This document shows positions 25,837 through 34,778 of a DNA stretch of 64,000 nt, in pieces. The DNA is from Candidatus Latescibacterota bacterium (lineage in GTDB: Bacteria; Latescibacterota; UBA2968; UBA8231): the NCBI GenBank assembly GCA_965203175.1, contig OZ241867.1, positions 2,784,001-2,848,000 on the forward strand. Direction: 5' to 3'. Within the stretch, counting starts at the first letter, position 1. The number at the start of each line of letters is the position of its first letter. Position numbers and translations under genes: made by a program. Under the pieces are notes generated by a model that was not told where the DNA came from, did not search any database, and was given only the letters and a program-made list of their open reading frames with translations.

Positions 25837-27828
25837 TTGTCACAGCCCAATGCTCAAGAGCGCTTCGCGGTTATGCCCGCCGACGCCCCCTTTGAACCGG
25901 GCTTCAATGCAAAGACCTTGTGGGCGGCGCTCTTCGTCGGCTTCGTAATGCTGCCGGGCGCGATTTACCTCGGGCTGGTAACTGGGATGAGTATGGCCGG
26001 CGGTGCCGAGTGGGTGACGCTCATTCTCTTTATCGAAATGGCCAAGCGCACCTTCGTGTACTTGCGGACTCAGGAAATCATCATCCTCTACTGGGTGGCC
26101 GGTGGCTTGGTGATGATGGGCGGCAAACTGGGCACTGGGGCCGATCTTTTCGGCGGCCCATTCGGCGTGTTGATCTGGGATCAATATCTGATCCAATCGC
26201 CTCAAGCCGACGGCCTGGCCGAACACATTCCAACTTGGGTCGTGCCCCCGCGTGGATCGGAGGCCCTCTTAGAGCGCAGCTTCTTGGACAGCGCGTGGCT
26301 CAAGCCCATCGCGATCCTCCTCTGCGCCGTTGCATTGCAGCGGGTTAACGCCCTGTCGTTGGGCTACGTGCTCTTCCGCATCACCCACGACATCGAACGC
26401 CTGCCCTTTCCCATGGCGTATGTGCAGGCCGGTGGCGCTACCGCCCTCGCCGAGACCTCGGCCAAGCAGGAGGGTTGGCGCTGGCACGTGTTCAGCACCG
26501 GGGCCTTTATCGGGGCGGTGTGGGGCGTATTCTACGTGGTGGTGCCAACGCTGTCGTCGGTTTTTCTAACCGAAACCGTGTCGATTTTGCCGATTCCCTT
26601 TATCGACTTCACCGTGCCGCTAAAGGCGGTTTTGCCCGCTGCGGTTATCGGTTTGGCCACGGATTTGATCCACGTGCTATTCGGCCTCGTGTTGCCGTTC
26701 TGGGTCGTAGTAGGGGTGTTTGCCTCGTCGATCTTGGTCAACTTGGTCGCCAATCCCATCCTCTATGCCTACGGTATCCTGCACACTTGGGAGCCGGGCA
26801 TGTCGTCGATTCCCACTCAGATCGCCAATACTTTTGACTTCTGGCTGAGCTTTTCGCTAGGCGGAGCCATCGTAGTCGCGGTTGTGGGTTTCTATACGGC
26901 GGGCAAGGTCTTGCTCGCCGTCGGCAAGGAACGCGCTCCGGCTCGGGAAGCGGACCGGGAACCCAGTTCCGAGCGCGGCGACATCCGCATTGTCATGGCC
27001 TTGGGAATCTGGGCGGTGAGCACGCTGGGCTTCGTGCTGATGGTGTACTATTTGGTGCCCGATTTTCCCTGGTGGATCACTGCGCTCTTCGGCTTTGTGT
27101 GGACGCCGATCTACTCGTACATCGGCACGCGGATGATCGGCCTGACGGGATCGCCGCAGGGGGTAACTTTTCCCTATCTGCGCGAGGCTAGCTTCTATTT
27201 GTCCGGCTACCAAGGGGCCGGGATCTGGTTCGCGCCCGTGCCGATCTTCCAGTGGGGCTACGAAGCGCAAGTGTTCAAGCAGCTAGAGCTGACGCGCACC
27301 CGCTTTGGCAGTATCGTCAAGATGACGGCCCTGACCTTGGCTGTCATGTTCGTGTGTAGCTTCCTGTTCTGGTCGCTGATATGGAAACTCGGGCCGATTC
27401 CCTCCTCGGCGTATCCATTCGTGCAAAAGATGTGGCCCTTCCACGCCACCATGCAGGCGTTTTGGGCCAAGTCCACGCTGCCGGGCGCGGGCCAGAGTTT
27501 GGTGACGCAAATTATTCGCTGGGATTACATCGGGGTTGGGCTGGTCTTTAGCGGCGCATTGTACGCGCTGCTGAGCGCACTCAGCGCGCCGCTGGGAATC
27601 TTCTATGGTTTTGTCGCTGGCCTCGGCGGCTGGCCGCACTTTGCCATCCTCAACTTCGTCGGCGCCCTGCTGGGCCGCTTCTACTTGCAAAAGCGCTTTG
27701 GCCCCGAGCGCTGGTACGCGTACGCACCCATCGTACTGGCCGGGTACTCGTGCGGTGTGGGTCTAATTGGCATGACGTCCATTGCCATTGCGCTGATTTC
27801 CAAGGCCGTGTCACAGGTCGTGTTCTGA
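25837..27828 (+). CDS. OPT-superfamily-like polytopic membrane protein (putative peptide transporter)
   Basis: GGGAGG RBS with TTG start; roughly 16 or more hydrophobic segments; DIERLPFP motif and PGFN...AALFVGFVMLPGAIYLGL N-terminus. Confidence 0.75.
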   Translation: MSQPNAQERFAVMPADAPFEPGFNAKTLWAALFVGFVMLPGAIYLGLVTGMSMAGGAEWVTLILFIEMAKRTFVYLRTQEIIILYWVAGGLVMMGGKLGTGADLFGGPFGVLIWDQYLIQSPQADGLAEHIPTWVVPPRGSEALLERSFLDSAWLKPIAILLCAVALQRVNALSLGYVLFRITHDIERLPFPMAYVQAGGATALAETSAKQEGWRWHVFSTGAFIGAVWGVFYVVVPTLSSVFLTETVSILPIPFIDFTVPLKAVLPAAVIGLATDLIHVLFGLVLPFWVVVGVFASSILVNLVANPILYAYGILHTWEPGMSSIPTQIANTFDFWLSFSLGGAIVVAVVGFYTAGKVLLAVGKERAPAREADREPSSERGDIRIVMALGIWAVSTLGFVLMVYYLVPDFPWWITALFGFVWTPIYSYIGTRMIGLTGSPQGVTFPYLREASFYLSGYQGAGIWFAPVPIFQWGYEAQVFKQLELTRTRFGSIVKMTALTLAVMFVCSFLFWSLIWKLGPIPSSAYPFVQKMWPFHATMQAFWAKSTLPGAGQSLVTQIIRWDYIGVGLVFSGALYALLSALSAPLGIFYGFVAGLGGWPHFAILNFVGALLGRFYLQKRFGPERWYAYAPIVLAGYSCGVGLIGMTSIAIALISKAVSQVVF

Positions 27829-27839
27829 GGGGGCGCACA

Positions 27840-28676
27840 TTGAGTCGCGCACTGGTGTGCATGGCCCTGTTGGCACTTGGTTGCAGCCAAAAGGACTCAG
27901 GGCAAGCGAGCGGAAGCGAGGATCGCGTGGTTGCGCCCACTCCGCCCGGTGAGGCCCCACCCTCCGAAGATTCTACTCCAATCACCGAGGTCAACAAAGC
28001 CGATCACGCCATGGTCCTCGTGCCAGAAGGCCTCTTCGTGATGGGTTGGGATGCGGGCGACCCAGACGAGCAGCCGCCGCACCAAGTTTTTCTTTCCGCC
28101 TACTACATCGACCAGTTCGAGGTCACCATAGGACTGTACCGGCGCTGCGTGGAGGACGATGCCTGCGAAGAGCCAGCCTATGCCCCTAACTGCAATTGGG
28201 ACAAAGACATAGACGACACGCATCCCATCAACTGCGTGAATCGCCAGCACGCGCTCGACTATTGCGCGTGGGCTGGCCTGCGGCTGCCGACGGAAGCCGA
28301 GTGGGAGAAGGCCGCGCGCGGAACCGATGGGCGCATATATCCTTGGGGGTACGAGTTGGCAGGCGATGAGGCCAACTTTCGCTTTATCGCCGGAGCGACC
28401 GAACCGGTGGGTAGCCGTCCCGCCGGCGTGTCGCCGTACGGGGCACACGACATGGCGGGCAATGTGTGGGAGTGGGTGTCCGATTGGTACGGAGACACGT
28501 ACTATGCAGAGAGTCCACGGGACAATCCGCAGGGGCCGTTGCGCGGGGAATTGGGGGTGCTGCGGGGAGGGTCGTGGTGGTTTGAGAAGGAGTCTCTACC
28601 TGCGGCGAATCGAGAAGCTTATGATCCGCTGTTGACTGATATAGATATTGGGATCCGGTGTGCGCGGGATTTTTGA
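27840..28676 (+). CDS. SUMF1/EgtB/PvdO (FGE-sulfatase domain) lipoprotein
   Basis: LALGC lipobox; FVMG, PPHQV, HPINCV, RLPTEAEWEKAARG, DMAGNVWEWVSDWY, RGGSW, GIRCA. Confidence 0.92.
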   Translation: MSRALVCMALLALGCSQKDSGQASGSEDRVVAPTPPGEAPPSEDSTPITEVNKADHAMVLVPEGLFVMGWDAGDPDEQPPHQVFLSAYYIDQFEVTIGLYRRCVEDDACEEPAYAPNCNWDKDIDDTHPINCVNRQHALDYCAWAGLRLPTEAEWEKAARGTDGRIYPWGYELAGDEANFRFIAGATEPVGSRPAGVSPYGAHDMAGNVWEWVSDWYGDTYYAESPRDNPQGPLRGELGVLRGGSWWFEKESLPAANREAYDPLLTDIDIGIRCARDF

Positions 28677-28677
28677 G

Positions 28678-29457
28678 TTGGGTGTTAGGTCGATCTGGCT
28701 ATTGCTCGTCGCGCTGGCGGGTTGTGGCAAAGATCCGGTAGCGCCGGTCGTCTTGGAAGAGGGCGTTGTCATTGCGTCGTCGGCAGATATCGCTGCTCTT
28801 AGGGAAAGGGGGGGAGATAGTTACATCATCGACGGCGACTTGCAGATCGTCGGCAGTAGCTTAGTTGCGCTGAAGGGCTTAGAAGGGCTGAGGCGCGTCG
28901 AGGGCAGCGTTGAGATTTGGTTTAACGACCGCTTGGAAAGCTTGGCGGGGCTGGGAGGGCTTGAAAGCGTCGGAGCTGGGCTAGGTCCGGCGGATGCATC
29001 ACCGCCCTTACCTATTCCCGCGGCCGGCAAAGCCGCTCACGTGGTGGAAGGGCTATTGATCTTTGAAAACAAGGCCCTGCGTTCGCTCAAAGGGCTAGAC
29101 AACCTCGCTTCTGTTAACGGGGGCTTGGCGCTCGTCCGCAATGAGGCGCTTGCGTCCCTGACGGACATGCCGCACCTCGTGGAGATCGAAGGTAGCGTGG
29201 ACATCTGGTTCAACGATGCGCTGCAAAGCCTAGAGGGCCTGCACCACTTAGTTAGAGTGCGAGACTTTTTGGAAGTCAGCGGCAACGACGCACTGCAAAG
29301 CCTAGACGGGTTGCGCGGAATCAGCCACGTCGGGGCGGATTTGATCATCAGCAACAATGCGCTGTTACCTCAATCCGAAGTGCGGGCCTTTACCGAGCGG
29401 ATGGTGGCCGGGGGTTTTGCGGGGGCGGTGATAGTTCAGGGCAATCTAGACGATTAG
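28678..29457 (+). CDS. Receptor L-domain / leucine-rich repeat lipoprotein
   Basis: LAGC lipobox; repeated NxxLxSLxGLxxLxxVxGxLxI units. Confidence 0.85.
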   Translation: MGVRSIWLLLVALAGCGKDPVAPVVLEEGVVIASSADIAALRERGGDSYIIDGDLQIVGSSLVALKGLEGLRRVEGSVEIWFNDRLESLAGLGGLESVGAGLGPADASPPLPIPAAGKAAHVVEGLLIFENKALRSLKGLDNLASVNGGLALVRNEALASLTDMPHLVEIEGSVDIWFNDALQSLEGLHHLVRVRDFLEVSGNDALQSLDGLRGISHVGADLIISNNALLPQSEVRAFTERMVAGGFAGAVIVQGNLDD

Positions 29458-29464
29458 CAGCCCT

Positions 29465-30646
29465 TCACTTTCGCACTAGGCGGATGCGGTGGTTGCGGGT
29501 ATCGGCGATGTAGAGGTTGTCGTCCGGGTCGAGTTCGATGCCGTAGGGGCGGCTGAGCAGGGCGGCCTGCGGAGGGCCGCCGTCGCCTATATCGCCGGAT
29601 TTGCCGCACTGGCCAGCCACAGTGTAGAGCGCGCCATCGAGATCGATGTAGCGCACGCAGTGGTTGAAGGTGTCGGCGAAAAAGACTCGACCTTCGGAGT
29701 CGATGGCCACGTCACAGGGCCAGTAGAGCGAAACGTCGATGGCTGCGGCTCCTTCGTCGCGTTCGCCGTCGGGCATGGGTGGGAAGGCTCCACTGCCGGC
29801 GATAGTGGTAATAATGCCGGTCGCGTAGTCAACCTTGCGGATGCGGTTGTTGAAGGTATCGGCGATGTAGAGATTGCCGAATTCGTCGGTGGCGATGCGA
29901 CTGGTGGGCGGGGCCGCTTGGCCTATCGGAGCGTAGATCTGGGCTTGGTCCGCAGGCCCCCCGTCGCCGGAAAAACCCGGCTCGCCCGTGCCGACGACCG
30001 TGTGGATCGTGCCGTCTGTATCGACCATGCGGATGCGCTGGTTTTCCTGATCGGAGATGTACATGCGTCCAAGCGGGTCAAAAGCAGTAGCGCTTGGCAG
30101 GTTGATCGTCGCTAGGGCCGCGGGGCCGCCGTCGCCGCTGTAGGTGCGCTCGCCCGTGCCGCAGATCGGCTCGATATAGTCGGTGGCAAAGTCGTAGCGC
30201 AGGATCATCGAGTTGTGCCAAGCCGTGAGTATCAGGCGTCCGAGCGGATCAAAAGAGATATGGGTCGGATGGTTGAGGCCGATCTCGCGCGCCCGCCCGG
30301 CCGGTGCGTCGCCTAGTTCGCCCGTGCCGATTAGGGTGGTGACGTTGCCCTTGGAGACGCGGCCTCGGTATCGTGGGTGCCGCTGTCGCGTCGGGGTGGT
30401 GACACTGGCCTTGGTGGTGACGCGGACTCGGTGGTTGTTCCAGTCGAGAATGTAGAGCCGTCCGTCGGGGCCGTAGGTCAGATCTTGCGGCAGGTAGAAG
30501 AGCGCTTGACTCAGCTCCGCTTCTTCCTGGCCTTTTCCGGCGTCGCCGGTTCCGGCAAAGGTTTCGACGCGCCCGTAGGGGGCGCTAGGGCCAGTGGGCG
30601 TTTCTCCGCAGGCGGACAGGATGAGTAAGAGCGCTAGGTAGATCAT
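29465..30646 (-). CDS. NHL-repeat beta-propeller lipoprotein
   Basis: LSAC lipobox; repeated GDGGPA..A.L..P and LYIADTxNxRIR motifs. Confidence 0.92.
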   Translation of the reverse strand: MIYLALLLILSACGETPTGPSAPYGRVETFAGTGDAGKGQEEAELSQALFYLPQDLTYGPDGRLYILDWNNHRVRVTTKASVTTPTRQRHPRYRGRVSKGNVTTLIGTGELGDAPAGRAREIGLNHPTHISFDPLGRLILTAWHNSMILRYDFATDYIEPICGTGERTYSGDGGPAALATINLPSATAFDPLGRMYISDQENQRIRMVDTDGTIHTVVGTGEPGFSGDGGPADQAQIYAPIGQAAPPTSRIATDEFGNLYIADTFNNRIRKVDYATGIITTIAGSGAFPPMPDGERDEGAAAIDVSLYWPCDVAIDSEGRVFFADTFNHCVRYIDLDGALYTVAGQCGKSGDIGDGGPPQAALLSRPYGIELDPDDNLYIADTRNHRIRLVRK

Positions 30647-31815
30647 GGCAAGACGACGCGGCGGATGCGGTGGTTGTAGGTGTCGGCGATATAGAGCCGG
30701 CCCTGCGGGTCAAAGTCAAGTCCGGCAGGTCGGTTGAGAGCTGCACTGCGGGCTGGTCCGCCATCGCCAGAAAAGCCTTCCTCGTCGCTGCCAGCAACGG
30801 TCTCAATGGTGCCAGTCGCTAGGTCGAGGGCGCGGATGCGGTGATTAAGTTCGTCGGCAATATAGAGCCGCCCGTCGGGGCCAAAGGCCAAATCGCGCGG
30901 GTTGTTGAGATCGGCGCTGAGAGCTGGTCCATCGTCGCCACCATCATCGGCCGCACCTGTACCAGCCACTGTTTCGATCTGGTCTAGGTCAAAGTCAACG
31001 CGGCGGATGCGGTGGTTGAGGGCGTCGGCGATGTAGAGCCGACCCTGCGGACCAAAGACCAAGGCTCCGGCTGGTGGCGGGTTGGCTCCGGCTGGCATTT
31101 GGAGTTGGGCGTCGCGCGGGCTGCCGCCATCGCCAGCAAATCCGGCCACGCCGGTGCCTACGACGGTAGTGATGATGCCATTGGGGTCTATTTTGCGCAC
31201 TCGCTGATTGCGCTGGTCGAGGATGTACAGCCCGCCATCGGGTCCCAAGACCGTCTGTGGCGGCTGGCTTAGCAACGCGTCGCGGGCCGGACCGCCGTCG
31301 CCGGCAAATCCCGGACCCGCGCCGCAGATGACTTGGACGAGTCCGGTCTGCGGGTCGTAGAGGCGCAGCTTGTGATTGTGCCAAGCCGTCAGTAGCAGGG
31401 TGCCGTCGGCCAGCGGCAGGAGATGGGTCGGGTGGTTGAGGTGGACTTCGGTGCCGGGTGCGCCGGGCGGCACTTGGTCGGATTCGTCGTAGGGGCCGTC
31501 GCCGACGAAGTCCGTGCCAATGACGGTGACGAGAGTGCCTTCTGGGGTCACGCGGCGCACGCGGTGGTTATTCCAGTCGAGGAGGTAGGTTTGACCCGAG
31601 GGGGCGAAGGTGAGATCAACGGGCCAGTAGAGAGTGGAAGCTAGCAGCGGTTGATCGTCGCCGTTGAAACCAGCTTCGCCTGTGCCAGCCCAAGTGCAGA
31701 TAGTGCCGGGCGCGTCCGTGCAGAGGGATTGCGGGCCGCTGTCCGGGCCGGTGCTTTTAGAGCAAGCCGTCAGCAGCAGGGCGAGGATAAGGGGTATGAA
31801 GCGGTTCGTGGACAT
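30643..31815 (-). CDS. NHL-repeat beta-propeller lipoprotein (tandem paralog)
   Basis: LTAC lipobox; NHL repeats; shares LDWNNHRVR, LNHPTH and LTAWHN with 29465-30646. Confidence 0.92.
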   Translation of the reverse strand: MSTNRFIPLILALLLTACSKSTGPDSGPQSLCTDAPGTICTWAGTGEAGFNGDDQPLLASTLYWPVDLTFAPSGQTYLLDWNNHRVRRVTPEGTLVTVIGTDFVGDGPYDESDQVPPGAPGTEVHLNHPTHLLPLADGTLLLTAWHNHKLRLYDPQTGLVQVICGAGPGFAGDGGPARDALLSQPPQTVLGPDGGLYILDQRNQRVRKIDPNGIITTVVGTGVAGFAGDGGSPRDAQLQMPAGANPPPAGALVFGPQGRLYIADALNHRIRRVDFDLDQIETVAGTGAADDGGDDGPALSADLNNPRDLAFGPDGRLYIADELNHRIRALDLATGTIETVAGSDEEGFSGDGGPARSAALNRPAGLDFDPQGRLYIADTYNHRIRRVVLP

Positions 31816-31898
31816 AGCTTAGTACGTACATTGATGCGAAACCTTAAATATATAAAAAAGAACGCTGTAAATCATCGCTTGCATAGGGGTGGTATAAC

Positions 31899-33803
31899 AT
31901 GACTTTGCGCTCGGCCGTGGTGGGGATTGTGGTCGTGATGGCCATTGTCATGGGGGCACCCTATTCGATTTGGATGGTGCGCTCGTCGGAGATTACGTGG
32001 TCGTATTTCCCGACTAGCGCCGGCTTTTGTTTTGTGGTGGTTCTGCTGGCGAATGCACTGGTGCGGTGGGTGCGGCCCACGTGGGCGTTGCGGCCCGCCG
32101 AGTTGGCTACGATTGTGATCATGGGCTTGGCGGCGACCGGGATTCCAACCTTTATCGTCGGGACCTTGCTGGCGATTATTTCATCGCCGTACTACGGAGC
32201 CACTCCGGAAAACGACTGGGCGGGCAACATCCATCCCTACCTACCCGATTGGGTCGTACCTCGCGCCGACGGCGATGCTATGCGCTGGTTCTACGAGGGA
32301 CTGCCCAAGGGGCAAGCCCTGCCGTTTGACGTCTGGATCGGGCCGCTGTTTTGGCTGTTGAGCCTGATCCTGACCGTGTACTTTGCCTGCTTTTGCTTGG
32401 TAGTGATTTTCCGCCGTCAGTGGGTCGAGCACGAGCGGCTGGTCTTTCCCCTGATGGAGATGCCGAGGTTGCTGATCGACGACGACGGGCGGGCGATTGT
32501 GCGCTCCAAGGGGTTTTGGATCGGCGCGGCGATTCCACTGGGGATGATCCTGTTCAACATCATTGGCTCGTTCTATATCGGCTTTCCCAAGATCAACTTC
32601 AACCACGCCGTCAATCTACAACTGAGTCGGGAGTTTCCCACCATCAGCCTGATGCTCTACTTCCCGGTGATCGGCTTTATGTACCTGGTTAGCACCAGCG
32701 TCTCGTTTAGCATTGTGTTCTTTTACTTGGTGGCTGTGGTGCAAGAGGGGATTACCAACCGCATTGGCTACGACGTGACGCGACCCGATGCTTTCGTCTG
32801 GGGGATGCAGTCGCTTTCTTGGCAGGCGTGGGGCGGATTTACGGCAATGGTGCTGTTGAGCTTGTGGATGGCGCGGGGCCATCTAGTGGCAGTCGTGCGC
32901 CAAGCCTTGGGGGGACGGCGGACTATAGACGACCGCGAGGAAATGATTTCCTATCGCACGGCGGTTTGTGGATTTATGGCCGCGTTGGTCTATGTTCTCG
33001 GCTGGCTGTGGCGGTCCGGGATGGATCTTCACATTGCCGCGCTCTTTGTCTTCGGCGTGTTAGTCGCCTACTACGGCATTACGCGGTTAGTGGTGCAGGC
33101 CGGGGTCTATTTTTTGACGCCGCCGGTGGGTGCTCAAGCCTTTGCTTTGGCGATAACCGGCACGAGTATAGGTGGGCACAATTTGGTGGCGCTGGGGGTT
33201 TCCTACACTTGGTTCGGGGACGTGCAATCGCTTTTTATGCCAGCGGCGGCACACGGCGCACGGCTCGGCGAACTGTACCGGATTCGCCGGTCGATGGCCC
33301 TGGCGCTGGGCATTGCTGCGGTTGTGGGCTTTACCACCTGTCTCTATTTCGTTCTCTCGCTGTGCTATAAGTACGGCGCGGGCAATTTCGGCTCTTGGTA
33401 CTTTATCGCTGGCGGTGGTGCCGGTGGCATGGCGTACAACGGAGTGATCCGCCACTTCAACGATCCTTGGCCGACCGACTGGAACAAGCTGTCGTACTTT
33501 GGGATCGGGATGGTGGTGTACTCGATTTTGGCCTTCCTCCAGTATCGCCTTCACTGGTGGCCGCTGCATCCGGTGGGCATTGCGGTAGCCCCGCTGTGGA
33601 TGACCCGACTCATTGCGTTCTCGGTCTTTCTGGCGTGGGTGGCCAAGAGCGCGATTATGCGCTATGGCGGGATCGCGGCGTACCGCCAGGCGCGGCCGTT
33701 TTTTATGGGATTGATCGCTGGGTATTTCCTGGGGATTGGGTTGTCGTATTTGGCGGATATTTTCTGGTTTATGGGTGAGGGGCACGCCTATTTTCACGGT
33801 TGA
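31899..33803 (+). CDS. DUF6785/DUF6784-type polytopic membrane protein (OPT-like)
   Basis: Many TM segments; IFRRQWVEHERLVFPL, WWPLHPVG, KSAIMRYGG..YRQARPFFMGLIAG motifs. Confidence 0.78.
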   Translation: MTLRSAVVGIVVVMAIVMGAPYSIWMVRSSEITWSYFPTSAGFCFVVVLLANALVRWVRPTWALRPAELATIVIMGLAATGIPTFIVGTLLAIISSPYYGATPENDWAGNIHPYLPDWVVPRADGDAMRWFYEGLPKGQALPFDVWIGPLFWLLSLILTVYFACFCLVVIFRRQWVEHERLVFPLMEMPRLLIDDDGRAIVRSKGFWIGAAIPLGMILFNIIGSFYIGFPKINFNHAVNLQLSREFPTISLMLYFPVIGFMYLVSTSVSFSIVFFYLVAVVQEGITNRIGYDVTRPDAFVWGMQSLSWQAWGGFTAMVLLSLWMARGHLVAVVRQALGGRRTIDDREEMISYRTAVCGFMAALVYVLGWLWRSGMDLHIAALFVFGVLVAYYGITRLVVQAGVYFLTPPVGAQAFALAITGTSIGGHNLVALGVSYTWFGDVQSLFMPAAAHGARLGELYRIRRSMALALGIAAVVGFTTCLYFVLSLCYKYGAGNFGSWYFIAGGGAGGMAYNGVIRHFNDPWPTDWNKLSYFGIGMVVYSILAFLQYRLHWWPLHPVGIAVAPLWMTRLIAFSVFLAWVAKSAIMRYGGIAAYRQARPFFMGLIAGYFLGIGLSYLADIFWFMGEGHAYFHG

Positions 33804-34588
33804 GTGCCCCTCGGCACATCGACGAGGAGTTGGCGTCCATTTAGCGGCTGCACCGGCCGATTGTTGCCATGAATGATAGCTGCAAATGTGGCTATTTGCG
33901 CTTCAGACAATTCAATGGGAGTCGTCAGCACAAACCATTTGACGCCTTCTGAACAAGGGGGCGTCGTCAACGAGCCATAGTAGCGATAGGAGGCCCTTGC
34001 GCTCGGCAATAAGTCGCCCGCGTCAATTGCGACCTGCTCAATCTGTTGCGCGGCACCTGGGGTGCTTGGTAAATGCGCCCAGAGCGGGTTGAATGCGATG
34101 TGGTCCTTACCGCGCTCAATGAGTACCCCAACGACCGTCAACGCGCCGTCCTTACTTTGATGAACGAGGTGCATCTCCATAGCAAACGGTTGGCCAGCCA
34201 CGGTATGTTCGCTCGGTGCGTGGAAATGGAATTGCAGCAGTTCATACCTCGTACTATCCACCTCAATCCAGTTTCCTTTAGGGAACGCCACTTCAATCGT
34301 ATGACCATTGTTGCGGATATTCAGAGTTGCTGGCTGGTAGTTGAAGGCGATAGCCGGAAGCGCTGCCGACGTGGGATTCACAAGGTCGATCGGCGATTGG
34401 TGCGTCCCCGCAGCGCAAAGGGCATATTCTGGGCTGAGCTGTCCCCAAACGGCAGGTCCGTTCTCGGTGCCGTAGCCCCACTCGATCTGATCGGGATGGG
34501 ATGACGCATTCCCTGACTCTGCGTAACTATTCATGCAAGAAGCTATGGCGATACAAATCACCCCAATACAAACATTGTATCTGTTCAT
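33794..34588 (-). CDS. cah: Alpha-class carbonic anhydrase, exported
   Basis: WGY, QSPIDL, NNGHT, QFHFH, SEH, EMHLVH (Zn ligands), YYGSLTTPPCSEGV, NNRPVQPLNGR; N-terminal signal. Confidence 0.96.
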   Translation of the reverse strand: MNRYNVCIGVICIAIASCMNSYAESGNASSHPDQIEWGYGTENGPAVWGQLSPEYALCAAGTHQSPIDLVNPTSAALPAIAFNYQPATLNIRNNGHTIEVAFPKGNWIEVDSTRYELLQFHFHAPSEHTVAGQPFAMEMHLVHQSKDGALTVVGVLIERGKDHIAFNPLWAHLPSTPGAAQQIEQVAIDAGDLLPSARASYRYYGSLTTPPCSEGVKWFVLTTPIELSEAQIATFAAIIHGNNRPVQPLNGRQLLVDVPRGTQP

Positions 34589-34778
34589 TTTCCTCTCCTT
34601 TTGCTTTGCAGATCGCTCAACTGTACTAAGGGTAATGTAAACATAGAAAGCAAAAGCAACTTCTCCGGCGAGTCGCGATCACGGGTTAGGGGCACGTCCA
34701 CTCCCGCGCTTGAACCCCCCCCGCCGATACCCTATCTTGACAGCCGCTCGTCCCATTCTATGAGACAAAGCGAATTTC

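Noticed and set aside
27840-28676. FGE-sulfatase (CLec-fold) gene as a diversity-generating retroelement target
   Set aside because: No reverse transcriptase and no template repeat matching its 3' end were seen in the window.
29465-31815. Repeated GGCGATGTAGAG / GCGGATGCGGTGGTTG sequences
   Set aside because: Coding NHL repeats in two paralogous genes, not a non-coding array.
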